Source: Sarea resinae
Taxonomy: Eukaryota
Reading direction: 5' to 3'
NCBI GenBank assembly: GCA_026026165.1
Contig: JAPEUD010000002.1
Span: forward strand, 372,001 to 436,000
DNA length: 64,000 nucleotides
Part shown: piece by piece, positions 26,001-38,500 of the stretch
Layout: every line of letters begins with the position of its first letter
Numbering within the stretch: the first letter of the stretch is position 1
Made by a program: the position numbers and the translations under genes
The notes under the pieces: generated by a model
Told to the model about the DNA's origin: nothing
Databases searched by the model: none
Seen by the model: the letters and a program-made list of their open reading frames with translations, nothing else

Positions 26001-27262
26001 CGAACCAACTTGTTGACCTAGGCAGCTTGACTTCGGATCTGGAGATGACGGCCGAGTTCGAGCGCGGACCTGCTCCATGGGTCATTCGATCAAAGGAGCT
26101 CAAATCTACCAAGATTGTATCCATCGACACGGAAGAAGAGATCCGTCGCCTCAAAGACGATATTCACGAACGTGCAACACAGCTCAGACTACGCGATCAG
26201 ACACTCGAGGAATCAGCCGTCAAGATCGAGCTCCTCGAAAGCCGAATGCGCGACGCAACGAAGAAGGGGAACCAAATTCACGAGCTTGAACGGCTCCTCG
26301 ACGAGGGACGCAGCAGAGAGAAAGACCTGGCCGATGCCATCGAAACCCAGACGCAGGAACTCCAGGCACTCGAATCCGAACGCGACAAGTGGAAGCGACT
26401 CGCGGACGAGAAACGGGCCACCGCCAGCGGACTTGCAGACAGTAGTCTGCAGGCTAAAGAAGGGGCCGAGAAAGCCGTCGCCACGGCCCGCGAGATGGAG
26501 GCGCTCAAGGCCGACATCCTGGCCCTTCAGGCTTCCGTCCGCTATCTCCGCACGGACAATCGTCGGCTCCGCACCGCTCGTGACAACGTCGCTTCGGGCC
26601 GTGCTCTCGACTTTCTCGACACGCCGCTCCTGTCGCGGGACCGCCGAAGCAACAGCAGAGGCAACGACGGCGCGTACGTTGGACACGGCGCGAGAGAAGA
26701 GAGCCAGCGCCGCCTGCTCGAGCAAGAAGGCCACGACGTCCTCGCCGAACTGCTCAACTTGGCCTCGAATCCGAAATACGCGCAGAAAGTCGATCTCGGC
26801 CTCTTGCCGAAGGACAATCGCACCGGGTGGAGGCCCGCGAAGGAGACGCCCGGCTACCACGTCGCGAGACAGAGAGAGTACTTTGAGTCCTGGAAGGCAT
26901 GGGGCGAGGGCGTGGCGAAGAGAGCCCATGCTCATTCGCTGGCGTCATGTAGGAATAACGAAGCGGTGGCGGTGGTGGACACGGATGGGCCTAGAAACGG
27001 CAATGGCAACGACAAGGGGGCAGAAGACCGTCGGCGCCAGAAGACGAAGAGGCGGTCCCGAACCGCGGGTGTCACGCTGGCTCCTGCGGCGCGCATGGAC
27101 TTTTATGGCCGCGGCTCCGGCGCACGGGGTTTGCCGCTCGACGACGACGGGAAGGAGAACGTGCAGGGCACGGGCCTGAGGGCGCGCTCGCCGCTGGGGA
27201 TCACGGTGCGTCGGCCCGACGAGTGGGAGGCTTTGGGGAGTCTGGTCGGGTTCGCGCAATAA
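23061..27262 (+). CDS. nudM: Dynactin p150Glued subunit (NudM/Ro-3/Nip100 orthologue), 3 exons
   Basis: N-terminal CAP-Gly (GDWVGVELDDLSGKNDGAVQGERYF), basic Pro/Arg region, long coiled coil with EMATLDREMAEE and ALGAEEMIEELTDKNL. Introns ~23467-23513 and ~25429-25473. Confidence 0.95.
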
Positions 27263-28544
27263 GATTGATCGTGGTCGCTTGTGATACGGAGGAAGAAAAG
27301 TGGAGAGGGGGGAAGTCAAGGAAAGAAAGAGAGAGAGAAAGAAAAAGAAGCGGGCCCTCGGGTGAGTTTCTTGTCGTGGATGAATGAATGGATGGTCGTA
27401 TTGTCTGTTCGTCCATTTCATAAGCTCTTCTTTTCCTTCCTTCCTTTCTTCCTTCGTTAGAGGTGCAGACGTGCAGAAGCATTGTCGAACTTGGAAACCT
27501 CTTCTTTTCTTCTCTGTTCTTTTCTTTTCTTTTTCTTGTCGTGTGGATTCTTTGCCTATAGCTATTGCTATGACTTTGATAGGTATAGCATAGCGTAGCA
27601 TTAGCCTTGGAGTCTAGTGGCCTAGGGCATGGAGTGTCTAGTGCCTAGTTCTTGGTGTCTACCTAGGGTTATGATACTTATAGATGCATGCTTGTATTAT
27701 ATCCTACCTTCTTCCCTATTCTACCTTTTCTATCAATCAATTGATCAATGAAAACGTCAATCAAAACAACAATCACAATCACAATCACAATTCCCGACAT
27801 TTGGCCAATCAATCCAATCAATAGTCAATTGGATTGGCTTCAAGGTTGAACATGCCATACCATACCATACTGTACTCTACTAGCACATAACAGGCTCTGT
27901 AGGTAGGTACCTCTAGACAAGTGATAGCGATAGCGATAGCGATAGCAATAGCGGACCGATTCGATCGCAGTGGGGGGGAAAGTGTCGTATTGTCCCCCCG
28001 TTATTCCTGTTTGTCCCCCTGTTTGTCCTCCTATTGCCGTAGAGTAGAGTAGAGTAGAGTCAAGTGATTTGAAAGCAATGGTCAATCTGGTTGTTATGGT
28101 CCTGTTTGCCCCCGCCGAGTTCGCCGTCCGTTTCCCTAGTTGTGCACGTTTGCCCAATTGATCCTTTGCCTTTGGCCGAATTGCTCCTTTCCTGTGCCCC
28201 GAATGTGCCTTTAGCCAATTGCTTCCTTTTCCCACTTGTCCCCCCCTGCAGGGGTCCGTTACGTGACGTTATCCAGACGCCGATATGAGATGATATGAGA
28301 TGATATGAGATGATATGAGATGATGTGAGATGATATGATATGATGTGATAAGAGGAGAGGAAAGGAGAGGAGAGGAGAGGAGAGGAGAGGGCAAGATGGG
28401 ATGGAAACCAGATAAAAAAACTACCCCCAAGAGGAATCAATCCACGCATCGCATCGCATCGCATCGCATCGTATCGTATGACCGAAGGCCCTCGCCCCTC
28501 GCGCCCAACGCAATGCAACGCGCCACGACGCGCCTCTACAGCTC
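27263..28544. repeat. Microsatellite/minisatellite cluster between convergent dynactin and ABCD transporter genes
   Basis: GA-rich and TTTTC/TTCC runs 27290-27540, (CAAT)/(ACAATC) ~27730-27820, (GCGATA)n ~27923-27950, (AGAGT)n ~28040-28060, (TGATATGAGA)n 28282-28350, (AGAGG)n 28351-28390, (GCATC)n 28446-28470. Confidence 0.95.
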
Positions 28545-30867
28545 CTACGCAGCCGACAGCTCAGCCAGGCGTCTCTCGAGCTCGGGCACCTCTCGCAAGC
28601 GGGCCTCGATCTCGTCCCGCTCGTCCTCGAGCGCGAGTCTCTTTTCGGCGTCGAGGGCGCCGAAGAAATAGCCGCCGTGGCCGTCGAACTGCAGGATGTG
28701 GCCGTGGTATTTCCACAGGCTGCGGCGGTGCGACACCGTCAGCAGCGTGATGTGCAGCGCCTTGGCCGTGTCGTACATGGTCTTCTCCGTCGACAGCGGT
28801 ACTGATGATGTGCATTCGTCGAGGATGGCGTAGCGGGGGCGGTGGTAGAAGAGGCGTGCCATGGCGACGCGCTGCTGCAGGCCGGCGGAGAGCAGGGTCG
28901 GGAAGTCGTGCGTGGTGTCCCAGGGGTTTTGGGAGATGGCGGCGTTGTCGTCGTTGCTGATGTTGTTGCTGGCAGCAGCGGTTGGGTCCGAGGAGCGAGG
29001 AGGGTCGGCCAGGGAGGCGATGTCGAGGGTTCGGAGGATCTCGTAGAGGTCGTTGTCCGTGACGCCCTTCTTGTGCATGTCCCTGAGGCTGTCCGGGTAG
29101 ATGATCTGCTGCCGCAGGGTGCCGCGCGAGAGATACGGGCGCTGCGGGATGTAGAAGATGTCCTCGGGCGGAGGTTTGCGTACGACGCCGCCATAGACGG
29201 GCCATAGGCCGCCAAGGATGCGGAAGAGGCTCGATTTGCCCGAGCCATTGGGGCCGATGATAAGGAGGTGTTGGGTCGGGGTGATTGAAAAGGTGAGAGA
29301 GGGGATGAGCACAGCGCCGGAGGGGGAGATGATGGGCACATGCGAGAAGGAGATGGTGCCGTCGGTCGAGCCGAGGATGGTGCCACGGGAGGAGAGCAGG
29401 GACGGAGTGTTGGAAGCGGTTGACGAGGAGACGAGGGTCTTTTGAAATTGGTTGGATGAGATGGACGCCATTACGTCGAGTAGACCTGAGACCCGCGACG
29501 TGTAGCCTGCTAATTCGGTGATTTCTTTGTACGAGAACATGATGCGACCGAAGGCGTCGGACGAGGAGAGGAGCATTCGTCTGTTGGTCACGAAGCCTGC
29601 GGTAGTGGACCTTCAGTATTATGATAATAACAAAAGCGGTATGAGTGTAAGAAGAGACAGGACTTACTTTCGGTGCGGTCGCCCATGGATATACCAGCAC
29701 CCGGGACCTTGAAGAAGACGGGTACGCTGCACAACAACAGTCCCAACGCGCCCCAGAAATACTTGATGACAAAATCCTCCATGACACCATGATAATATCG
29801 CCGTCTCAGGATCCGATTTACGTGCTTGATCAGTGTAAAGTATCCCTTATCTAGCGTATCCTTCTCGGCCTCGTGGCCGGAGAATAAAGCAACCTCTTCG
29901 CTGTAATCGATCAATCGGGAATGCTGGAAGCGGAACTCGCCCTCCAGACGCGCCTCGTCGGCCACATACTTCCCAAATGGAGGAGTCAAGGCTCGCATGA
30001 CGTTTGCAGAGAGCTGCACGAGCAGGCTCATCATGAATAAGCCCTCGCCGCCAACGCTACGCGAGAGCGAGTAATTGTAGATGATCATGTCGAGGACGGG
30101 CTTTGCGAGATTCGAGTATAGCTCGGCTAGGCTATTGGAGAACTTGGCAACGTCTACTGTGATCAATTGGTCGGCATTTTTGATTCGATCATCCAGGGTG
30201 GAGAGGCTGTAGAAGGTCATGTTCGCTAGGTATTTGTTGTGGATGTAGTTTGTGAGACGAGTGCGGTACTGTAAAGAGAGCTTGCATTGGTGATAGGAGA
30301 GCTGTACGCCATTAGCAAATTGTCAACGCTTGGTGATAGGAGAGGCATTAGCTATACCATAGAATTCGTAAATGTTGCGGGCACGGCCACGACCATCCAC
30401 CAGACAATGCCCAATAAAAACTCCTTGCCCTTCCCTCGGACCAGATTGCTCACCAACCTTCCATCCAGCTCGGCCACGTAAAGGCTCAGCAACGTGCGCA
30501 GGACCAGAAAAACGCTATGACTGACAAGAAGTCGTAGCTCCTTGCTCCTCCATCCTGGTATGACGATCTTCAACAATCTCAATAAATTTCGGAAGAAATC
30601 CCTGTTTAACTCGACCTTTTTCCTCGAGTCCCCCGCTGGGCCAGTAGTGCTTGGTTTCTTCCGAGCTTGAGCCTGGTGCTCTGTTGCGGCTTTCTGCTCC
30701 GAGATGGCATTGCGGATGCGGTTGATCAGGGCGACAAAGAGGGTAAGATAGACGGCGCGCGAGATCCTTGTACGATGACGGAGGTAGAGCTTGGTGAGAT
30801 CCGAGATGATCTGCTTGATGGATCGGTCTGTGTGTTTGGGCGGAAAGAGCTTGGATAGAGCAGCCAT
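28545..30867 (-). CDS. PXA2: Peroxisomal long-chain fatty acyl-CoA ABC half-transporter (ABCD family, Pxa2-like), 3 exons
   Basis: [33 protein letters not shown]-like [23 protein letters not shown], Walker [30 protein letters not shown], signature LSAGLQQR, Walker B AILDECTS. Introns near 30357-30303 and 29669-29598. PXA2 versus PXA1 assignment is from recalled N-terminal similarity only. Confidence 0.88.
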
Positions 30868-31443
30868 GGTGATGGCAGATGCTCCGCACAAGCTTCAAAA
30901 CGTCATGAGCTGGAGGGAGCCAGAGACTTTGGCGGGGCTGGAGAGATGATTTGCAAGATGATGATATCGTGAAGGGCCGAATCTGGGGTAGGTAGACTGT
31001 GGGGGAGGGGACTATGGGTAGAGTACGGAGTAAGAAGTACTGCTTCGTACCTCTCCTCGAATGCCGAACGTGAGTACTCCGGAGTACTCCGAGTAGCATC
31101 ATGGATGGATGTGCATGTGCATGTGAATGTGACCCTCGAGACCCGAGGACCCTGGCCTGTCCCGCATTGCCTCCTCTTGCCTCCATGCCCTCTCACAGCT
31201 CCCAGTCAACACACCACTAGAGTAGACATCTCCACCCCCCTGATGCCTTACTGCAGTCGAGCCACGAGATATGTATCGGAGGATGCACGGCGTGTAATTC
31301 GTACAGAAAGGATCAATAGTCTCGCGATACTAGTCGCAATCGCATTCAACCCGCACTTCATACCAAGCATCCTTTCTCCTGATTTTGCAAACCAGTTGAT
31401 TGACCGCAAGCTCTAAATCTCCAACCTGATAAGGCCAGACACG

Positions 31444-31914
31444 ATGTCGACAACATCCCTACCCTCTCAACCACCCCAACCCCCACCGCCAGGCCCAGCG
31501 GACGAGTCCGATCCTGCCTCAGCCGCGGACCGTGAAAAACGGCTCGAAGACTCCCACCGGGCTGTCACCGCGTCTCTGAACTCGGTCGGCAGCTCGCTGG
31601 ACACGGAGCTGCGGCAGCGGGCGCAAAACCTGCACAGCAACGCGGCCGCCATCTCGAAGCAGGAGGCCGAGCTCGCCAAGCAGACCAAAGGGCTGGCGAA
31701 GCAGAATGCACAGTGGCAGTCCATGGCTGACACCAGCCGCGAGAAGCTCAAGGAGATTGGCGATATCCAGAACTGGGCCGAGTTGATCGAACGGGATCTA
31801 TTGATCGTCGAGGAGACGTTGAGGATCAAGGATGAGGAGGAGAGGGTGGCTGGCCAAGGGCGAGGCATGGAGGGGGTGGAGCATGCGAATGGGAACCAGA
31901 AGGGGGAGAGGTAA
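31444..31914 (+). CDS. BLOC1S1: BLOC-1/BORC subunit 1 (BLOS1, GCN5L1 family)
   Basis: Single-exon coiled-coil protein with the family signature LKEIGDIQNWAELIERDLLIVEETL. Confidence 0.88.
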   Translation: MSTTSLPSQPPQPPPPGPADESDPASAADREKRLEDSHRAVTASLNSVGSSLDTELRQRAQNLHSNAAAISKQEAELAKQTKGLAKQNAQWQSMADTSREKLKEIGDIQNWAELIERDLLIVEETLRIKDEEERVAGQGRGMEGVEHANGNQKGER

Positions 31915-32109
31915 CGGCAGGTGGAGTGGCCTTGCATTTGCTTCTTCCCTCTCTGCGCAATAAGGTGACCTTGGATCTACAGCATGGGATGCGACGGGGC
32001 AGGTTGCTGATTTGCATCGATGAGTGCGGCTGGATTGGATGATGGATGGTACTAGTCAACGAGTATCAAGAAGAACGTGCTTATGCACCCACGTCAGAGT
32101 TACGAACAT

Positions 32110-33587
32110 CTATATCTTGCGGCAATAGTCCCGCCCATGTCTAACCTGCCATTCGCACAACCAGACCTCGAAGACCATACCAAACAATCCCGCCAAACAT
32201 ATCCCGCCAGAATCACTGACGCTTGTAGCCCCTAGACTAAACTCCCGATCCTCCACCGGCACATGCTCCGTAATCTCCGCAAACGTGCTAACATACACTA
32301 AGCCGCCTAACAAACCCTCCCAAAAGATGATCGCAAAGATAATGTATACATTGGGTATAAAATTGAAGAGCGCCTGCAAAGTCAAGAGAATCAAGTTGAG
32401 GATTTGGAGGAAAGAGGGTATATAGAGATGATGTACTCGGAAGAAGGGAGTCGACGAACGCGATATGAAGACGCCTACTTGATAGATGGCGTTGTAGGTG
32501 GGGTAAAATGCGCGGTATTGCGAGAACGGGGATGAAGGAAGCGGAAATAGGAGGGTTGGTGCCACGCCTTGATTGATCGTATACTCAGCGACGTAAACAA
32601 GGAGAAGCGGGAGCATGCTGGACGTTGTTAGCCCGAACGAGATGGAGATTCAGAGGAGCGACGTGACATACTAAGGAAAGAAGAGGCTTCTAGAACGCTT
32701 TAGATTGCGTTTGAAACCTAGCCATCTGCTATGAGCGGCAGAAGTATTTCTGCTGGCAGAATTGGAAGTATGGCTTGGGGTTGAGAGAACCGAGCTCGAC
32801 AAAAGCCGTTCCTCCTCATCAGAGTCATCATGTCGCCGTTCGATATGAGTATTGTCTCCCCTCTCATCCGCAGCTACAACGCTGTAGCCTACCCTGCCTC
32901 TAGCAGCTCGATTGAGTGGAGCACTTGGGAGCACGAGGAAGAAGCTAGCAAGCATGATAACAGGCAGGAAGGAAAAAGCCAGCAAGCTAGTTCTGACACT
33001 TAAACCCAAGGACGTAGTCGCAATCACGTATGCTCCTGCTCCCACCAAGCCTGCACCACCCGTGCCACTTCCCCACGCAGCCAAGCTAAATGGGCCGTAG
33101 AAGTGCGTAAGACTTAGAAAGCTCAGCTCCCCGCCACCACTGCTCAAGCTTGCTAGCACGACACCGGCCATCTTGGTGGTGATGGTGCCGCCATCCGTTG
33201 TGATAGGCGTGAGAGCAACAAGGAGCATGCCCCCTATCGAGAGCGCGACAAGGGCAAAGATACGGACAGAGTATGGGATCGTGTGAATGAAATATGGTGC
33301 TATGAGCTTGGTGAAGAATGACGGCAGAACGTCGGCGAGAAGAACGACGCCTTTGGGGACGCGTGGACCGACCAGATCGAGGGCCGCGGAGAGAATGATG
33401 ACATAGAGGACGTTATTGATCAGGCCTGGCATCAGTCAGCTCAACGCTCTTCCCCGCAACATGGCTCGTCAGTACCAAAAAGCCAAAAGGCGGCGCAGAC
33501 CCTCAAATCAGCCCCCTCGAAGACGGCCTTGAAGCGTGCCTTGTAGATTGCCCATGACGAGGCTGGAGATCCAGGGAGAGGGAGCAT
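32110..33587 (-). CDS. BTN1: Battenin / CLN3 orthologue, vacuolar membrane protein, 3 exons
   Basis: [12 protein letters not shown]...[87 protein letters not shown]-terminus CRKI is CaaX-like. Confidence 0.95.
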
Positions 33588-35558
33588 CGGCAGTGGAGAG
33601 ACGGAACGGCGTTCGTCCATAGAAGCTCGACTTCTATTAGGCGGCGGCCATTTTGACCGTATTCTGCAGAAAGAGAGACGAGACGTGCGTTGAAAGGCGC
33701 CGTATCCTGTGGTGGACTCGTGGCCTGGAGGGTGCCCGATCTAATCTTATCTAGAGGATGCACACATCCAAGGTCACCATCACCCGGGGCGTGTTGCGAC
33801 CGAAGGAGACGCGGAAAGAGCCGTCTCGTCCCGTCATCCACACCTATTTGATCCATCTTGATCGGTAAGGTAGTCGGAGAGCATCCCTCATAGTAATAAG
33901 GTTGTACGACTGTGCATAGGTGCATTGTTTGAACACTCGTTCCCGATGAATTGAGACTTTTATATTCATGGATCAATCAGGGCCGCGACGGGCAGCTCCT
34001 GGTTGCCGAGCGCGGTATCAGCGGCAATCCGCATTGTTACTGTGCTCACCTAGCACATACCTTACATGGCCACTATGATTCTGAACTCATTACCTACCTA
34101 CCTACCTAGTACCTTGTGACCTTACGTTATTCAACGAGTGACAATACCTCCATGTTGCAGTCTGCGGGTATCCCATCTACGAATAGATAAGATCAGCGAT
34201 TGATCTAGCCGCAGACTCGAACGAAGGGTCTCTCAGCATCTATGGAAGCCTCTAGCTACCTAGCATGCTCGACGAGCATTTGACCCTATGGATCTGAGGG
34301 AGCCCACCCATACGCCCTCCCTCGCCTCCCTTGGTCGAGCGAGATAGTACGAGCACCTCAGTGTTCGGGCCATCAATGATGGGGCGTGGGTGACAAAAGG
34401 CTGCATACGCTGTACATACCTGACCTCTAGCAATTGTACTCTGCTTCAGTACTCTACTTCTACTATCTGTAGTGGCGATCGAAAACCTGCGACAGGGGAT
34501 TGGCGGTCGCGTGCCGTGCGTCGATCTACCGCAGGGACGAGGGACAGTGGCCTCGAGACTTGGACGCCGCAGTTGATCTGGCGTGCCATCGAGGTATCTG
34601 CTGCGCTGGTCATGTATTAGTCGGTACCGTTCAGCCCACGACCGATCCATCCCTGCCCGGGCCGAACATTGGATCGTTTCCGAGGGTTTGTCACAGAATT
34701 TAAGGGTCTTGAGACTGGGAGCATGAAAGCCACTACTACGTAGTACCTCCAGCGACCTGGTGCATACCGCAAATCATCACGAGGAATGAGGTCGACGCCA
34801 GGTACTACGAGTACTCTACTCCGAGTGCTCCCTCCTACTATGTAGACCTCCCCATGTAAACCTCCCCCTTCCCTAGCTGTACTACTGCAGAGTTACTTCA
34901 TCATATTATTGGGGTCATGACCCATACCGTACTCATAGTAGTACTCCTCGTAGGCCCTCGGACGGCTTCTACTGCGCAGTACTAGGCGATGGCTGCAGCG
35001 CCAAGGTTGAAAGCTGCATGGTCTACTCCGGAGTAATGTTGCTGCAGGATGGATGGATCCATGATCAAATGCTGCTGCTGTCTGTCTGTCCGTCTGTCGT
35101 CTGTCGTCTGTCTGCCTGTCCGTCCAGTCCTCCCCTGCCCGACCCTGCACGGCCCCTCCACCGCCAACAGGACCCGTAGTACTATTAGGTGGGTAGTTCG
35201 TTGCTAAGGTTAGGTGGTAGTAGTGTCTACTAGGGATGATTCGTAGTAGTGTATGGATGATCCGTCATCCATGTCTTCATTCTCGCTCCAGATACCTAAA
35301 CTTTCCCTCCCGCTGTGTTTGCATCACCCATCACCACCACTCATGCACCTTCTCCTCTTGCCGCCACGTTGCTGGAATTCTCGCATCTCGAATCTCGAAT
35401 CTCCAATTTCTTGGTCCTCGGATGAGATGACCATTGCTATTTTCTCTCATCATCTTTCAACGTCATAATCGTCTTCTGTTCTCGAGTGCTGAACAGAGTC
35501 GATCGTCTTTGACGGGGGCAGTCGGAGAGAGCTTCAGGCTCGGCTGAACCACTCGAAC

Positions 35559-38500
35559 ATGGATTTGAGGCCGCCGCCACACCCTTTTTCACGGCATGGA
35601 CCAGCCGTCGGAACCATCTACAAGGCTCAAGAGCGTCCACTGCAAGATCAGCAACACCAGCAGCAGCAGCAGCAACACCAGCAACACCGGCTTGCGCAAG
35701 CATCATATCCTCCCTTCTTTCCTTCCCCAAGAGATCGGGTCGCCGCACTGTCGGCGCCATATCAGGAAATGCAGAAAGATACCCAACGGGCGCAATCGCC
35801 AATAGCGAGAATGGAAGCTCCATATCCGGCGTCAATACCATTGCAGGCTCAACGCAGGCATTCGCATTCGCATCTGGGGCAGCAAGCTGGAGAGCGACAA
35901 CCCCAAGGCCCGATGTCTCACTCTCCACCGACCAGCGGCTACGATGCAGGATTGCCAGCATACATCAATGCTCATCAGATGAGAGGGATGCCGCTCAACG
36001 AGCCAAGCAGTGGGCCAAATCATGCGTATGGCATTGGTAAGTCGATTCGGTTTGATCATTGAATTCGGCCTCTCTCAAGGGAGCGGATGATGCCTTCACT
36101 GTCAGACATGGCTGCACACCTCAAGACATGGGTACCGATGGCGCTGCCTCGACTTTCGACTTTCTGTTGTTCATCGAACGTGGGCGCGGTATCGTACTAC
36201 CATCCGTTTGTGTCGTGCCATTCACGGGCTCGTCTCGCCCATGGGCCAGTCGCTCCCTCGCTTCCCAGCGATGGGCGTGCTATTTCCCTTTCCAATTTTC
36301 TCCGTTTTCCCCATCGTCTCCCTTTCGATTTGCAATTCATCTCGAGATCGCTCCCTGCGCTAGGGCCTCTAGCCCCAACCCCCCATCGGTCTTGTCGCTT
36401 GACCCTGCAGGACTGAAAGCCTGACCTCACTACCTTACTCTACCTCGCGACCTCGCTACCTCATTACCTCACTACCACTCCGGAGTACTTTTAGTCTCCA
36501 CCGACATGTGCCCCTAGGCTAAACCGTAGCCACGACTCTACTTCTCACTACTCGCTTCCCTGCTTCCCCGTTGGAGACAAATTTAACGCGTGCGCTCGTT
36601 CTACTTGCTGACTGAAAGTCTCCCGCAGCCCCGGGTGCTAGTGCTCCAGCCGCCAACGCCTATTCTCACCAAACCGCCCCTCAGCATCACCATCACCATC
36701 ATCATCACCATCCTCCTCCTGCTCCGACTCAACAACCCTCTCAAGCTCTTCCTCCAGCACCATCGCCGGCTCCATCCTCCACCCCCTCGTTACCGCATCA
36801 ACCTCCTGCTCCTGGCTCCTTGCCGCATGTATCCGATCAACGCCAGATGTCGCAATTTCACGACCAACCAAGGCGGCGCTCCGTAGGTGGCAGCCCGCCG
36901 CGGTACTACCAAGGTAAGCCAATTCTCGCCTCTGTCCCAGAGTGGTTTGCCACAGCTTGAGCATACTGGAACGTCTTCTTTGAGTCGCCGCCCGCCTTTG
37001 GGCGCAACGCATTGATGCTCCGAGCCCGTCGCATCCTCGCGGAGAATTCCGAACTTTTCTGACAGATTTGAAAGGTAATAACGATCCTCCACCTCCTCCA
37101 CCGCCTTTCAGCGGTCGTCAAATGCCTCCTCCATCGCCACCTCAGCACCAATATCAACCCGGTCATACATTTCCCCCACCTCTATCACGAGGACCTCCAC
37201 CTCCACCGCCATTCCCAAATGGGCGCGACCTACCCGCGCTTTCCGCTTCACATCGTCCTGGCAGTAGCATGTCCATCTCGTCTATGCTAGGTTCAGATGC
37301 TCCACCAACGTCTCGCGACTCGGGAATACCGGCACCGTCACCGCGGGCGGCTTCGGCATCTGCCCCATCGCCAAATTTCAAGTCGATGCCTGCACCGCTC
37401 CGCAGGGATTCTGGACCTGTAGACGGCACCTTCTATTCACGGTCACGGACACCGGATAGATATGAACTGGCAGCGCCGAGAGAGACGCGTTCTGAGTCGG
37501 CTGGTTCGTACGGGATCAGTAGAGGGTCGCCCGAGCAGCGTCGCCACGGACCAGCTGCTTTTCAATCGTATTACAATTCGCAGAGTCCGCAATTGATGCC
37601 GGGGGCTCCTGGACCTTCTATTCCAGAAACGTCTCAGCAGAGTCATGCGCGGCTATTTGGCAGTAGTCTCCCGCCGCGACCCACCAGTCAGCCAGCGGCT
37701 TTCATTGGCACTTCACCCGATGCGCCGAGGATTGTCGAGGGACCAGAAAGGATGAGGAATGATAGATATGACTCGGTCGGATCTGGCGAAAGGAGGGAGC
37801 CTGCGAGGGAGCAATTCGATCGGGACCTTCGGATATTGGCGGAGCGAGAACGGCCAAGCACAGTTCAGCCATCGGGACCACCCTTCAATCCACCACAGCA
37901 GCAATACCCCGTATTTGGGCAAGGAAGAGTGTCCGAGACGCCGCGAGAACCGTCCTGGATGGGCCCGGTGAATTCGAAAGGATCCTTCAAACCTCCACAA
38001 GCAAACACATCAGTGCCACGCGAGCCCGAGCCTGGATTTCAAGGATACCTCAACAATTCTCGATCTCCATTCTCAGGTCTGCCTGGCGCAATACAATACG
38101 GAGCTAAAGGGCCTCAATCTCAATATCCCCCCACATCTGAAGATAAACAGTCGGGTCGACCGGCTCCTGCTGTCGAGGACAAATCTCCTCCCCGGCCACG
38201 CATCGTGGATCAAAGGAAGGGCAGCGATGAGACCCAATCGCAACGGAACTTTCTCGGCGTGGACAACAATCGAAGAACCGGCCGAATCTCTCCACTACCT
38301 CAAGCTGTCCAGGGAGCTCAGGGTCAGCTAAATGGGCCGGGCCGGGAACCAGGTATTAAAAGCGAATTTGGAAGGATGTTTTCGGGCATCGGCAGCGGGG
38401 TGGGAGGGGCTATGTCTACGACTGGGCCCGTGAGCAATGGTAATCAAACTCCCTTTGGCCCTGGTCCTCCCAAAAAGGATGATCCCGTGGACAACTCGAC

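Noticed and set aside
28282..28470. Regularly spaced repeats as a CRISPR-like or telomeric array
   Set aside because: Simple penta- and decanucleotide SSRs with no unique spacers and no TTAGGG; eukaryotic context.
26115..29790. Long alternative-frame and antisense ORFs (26115-27179, 26213-26935, 28561-29790, 28739-29386)
   Set aside because: Shadow ORFs of GC-rich coding sequence in dynactin and the ABCD transporter; Arg/Pro/Ser-rich with no motifs. The same applies to 3680-4429 and 58513-59262.
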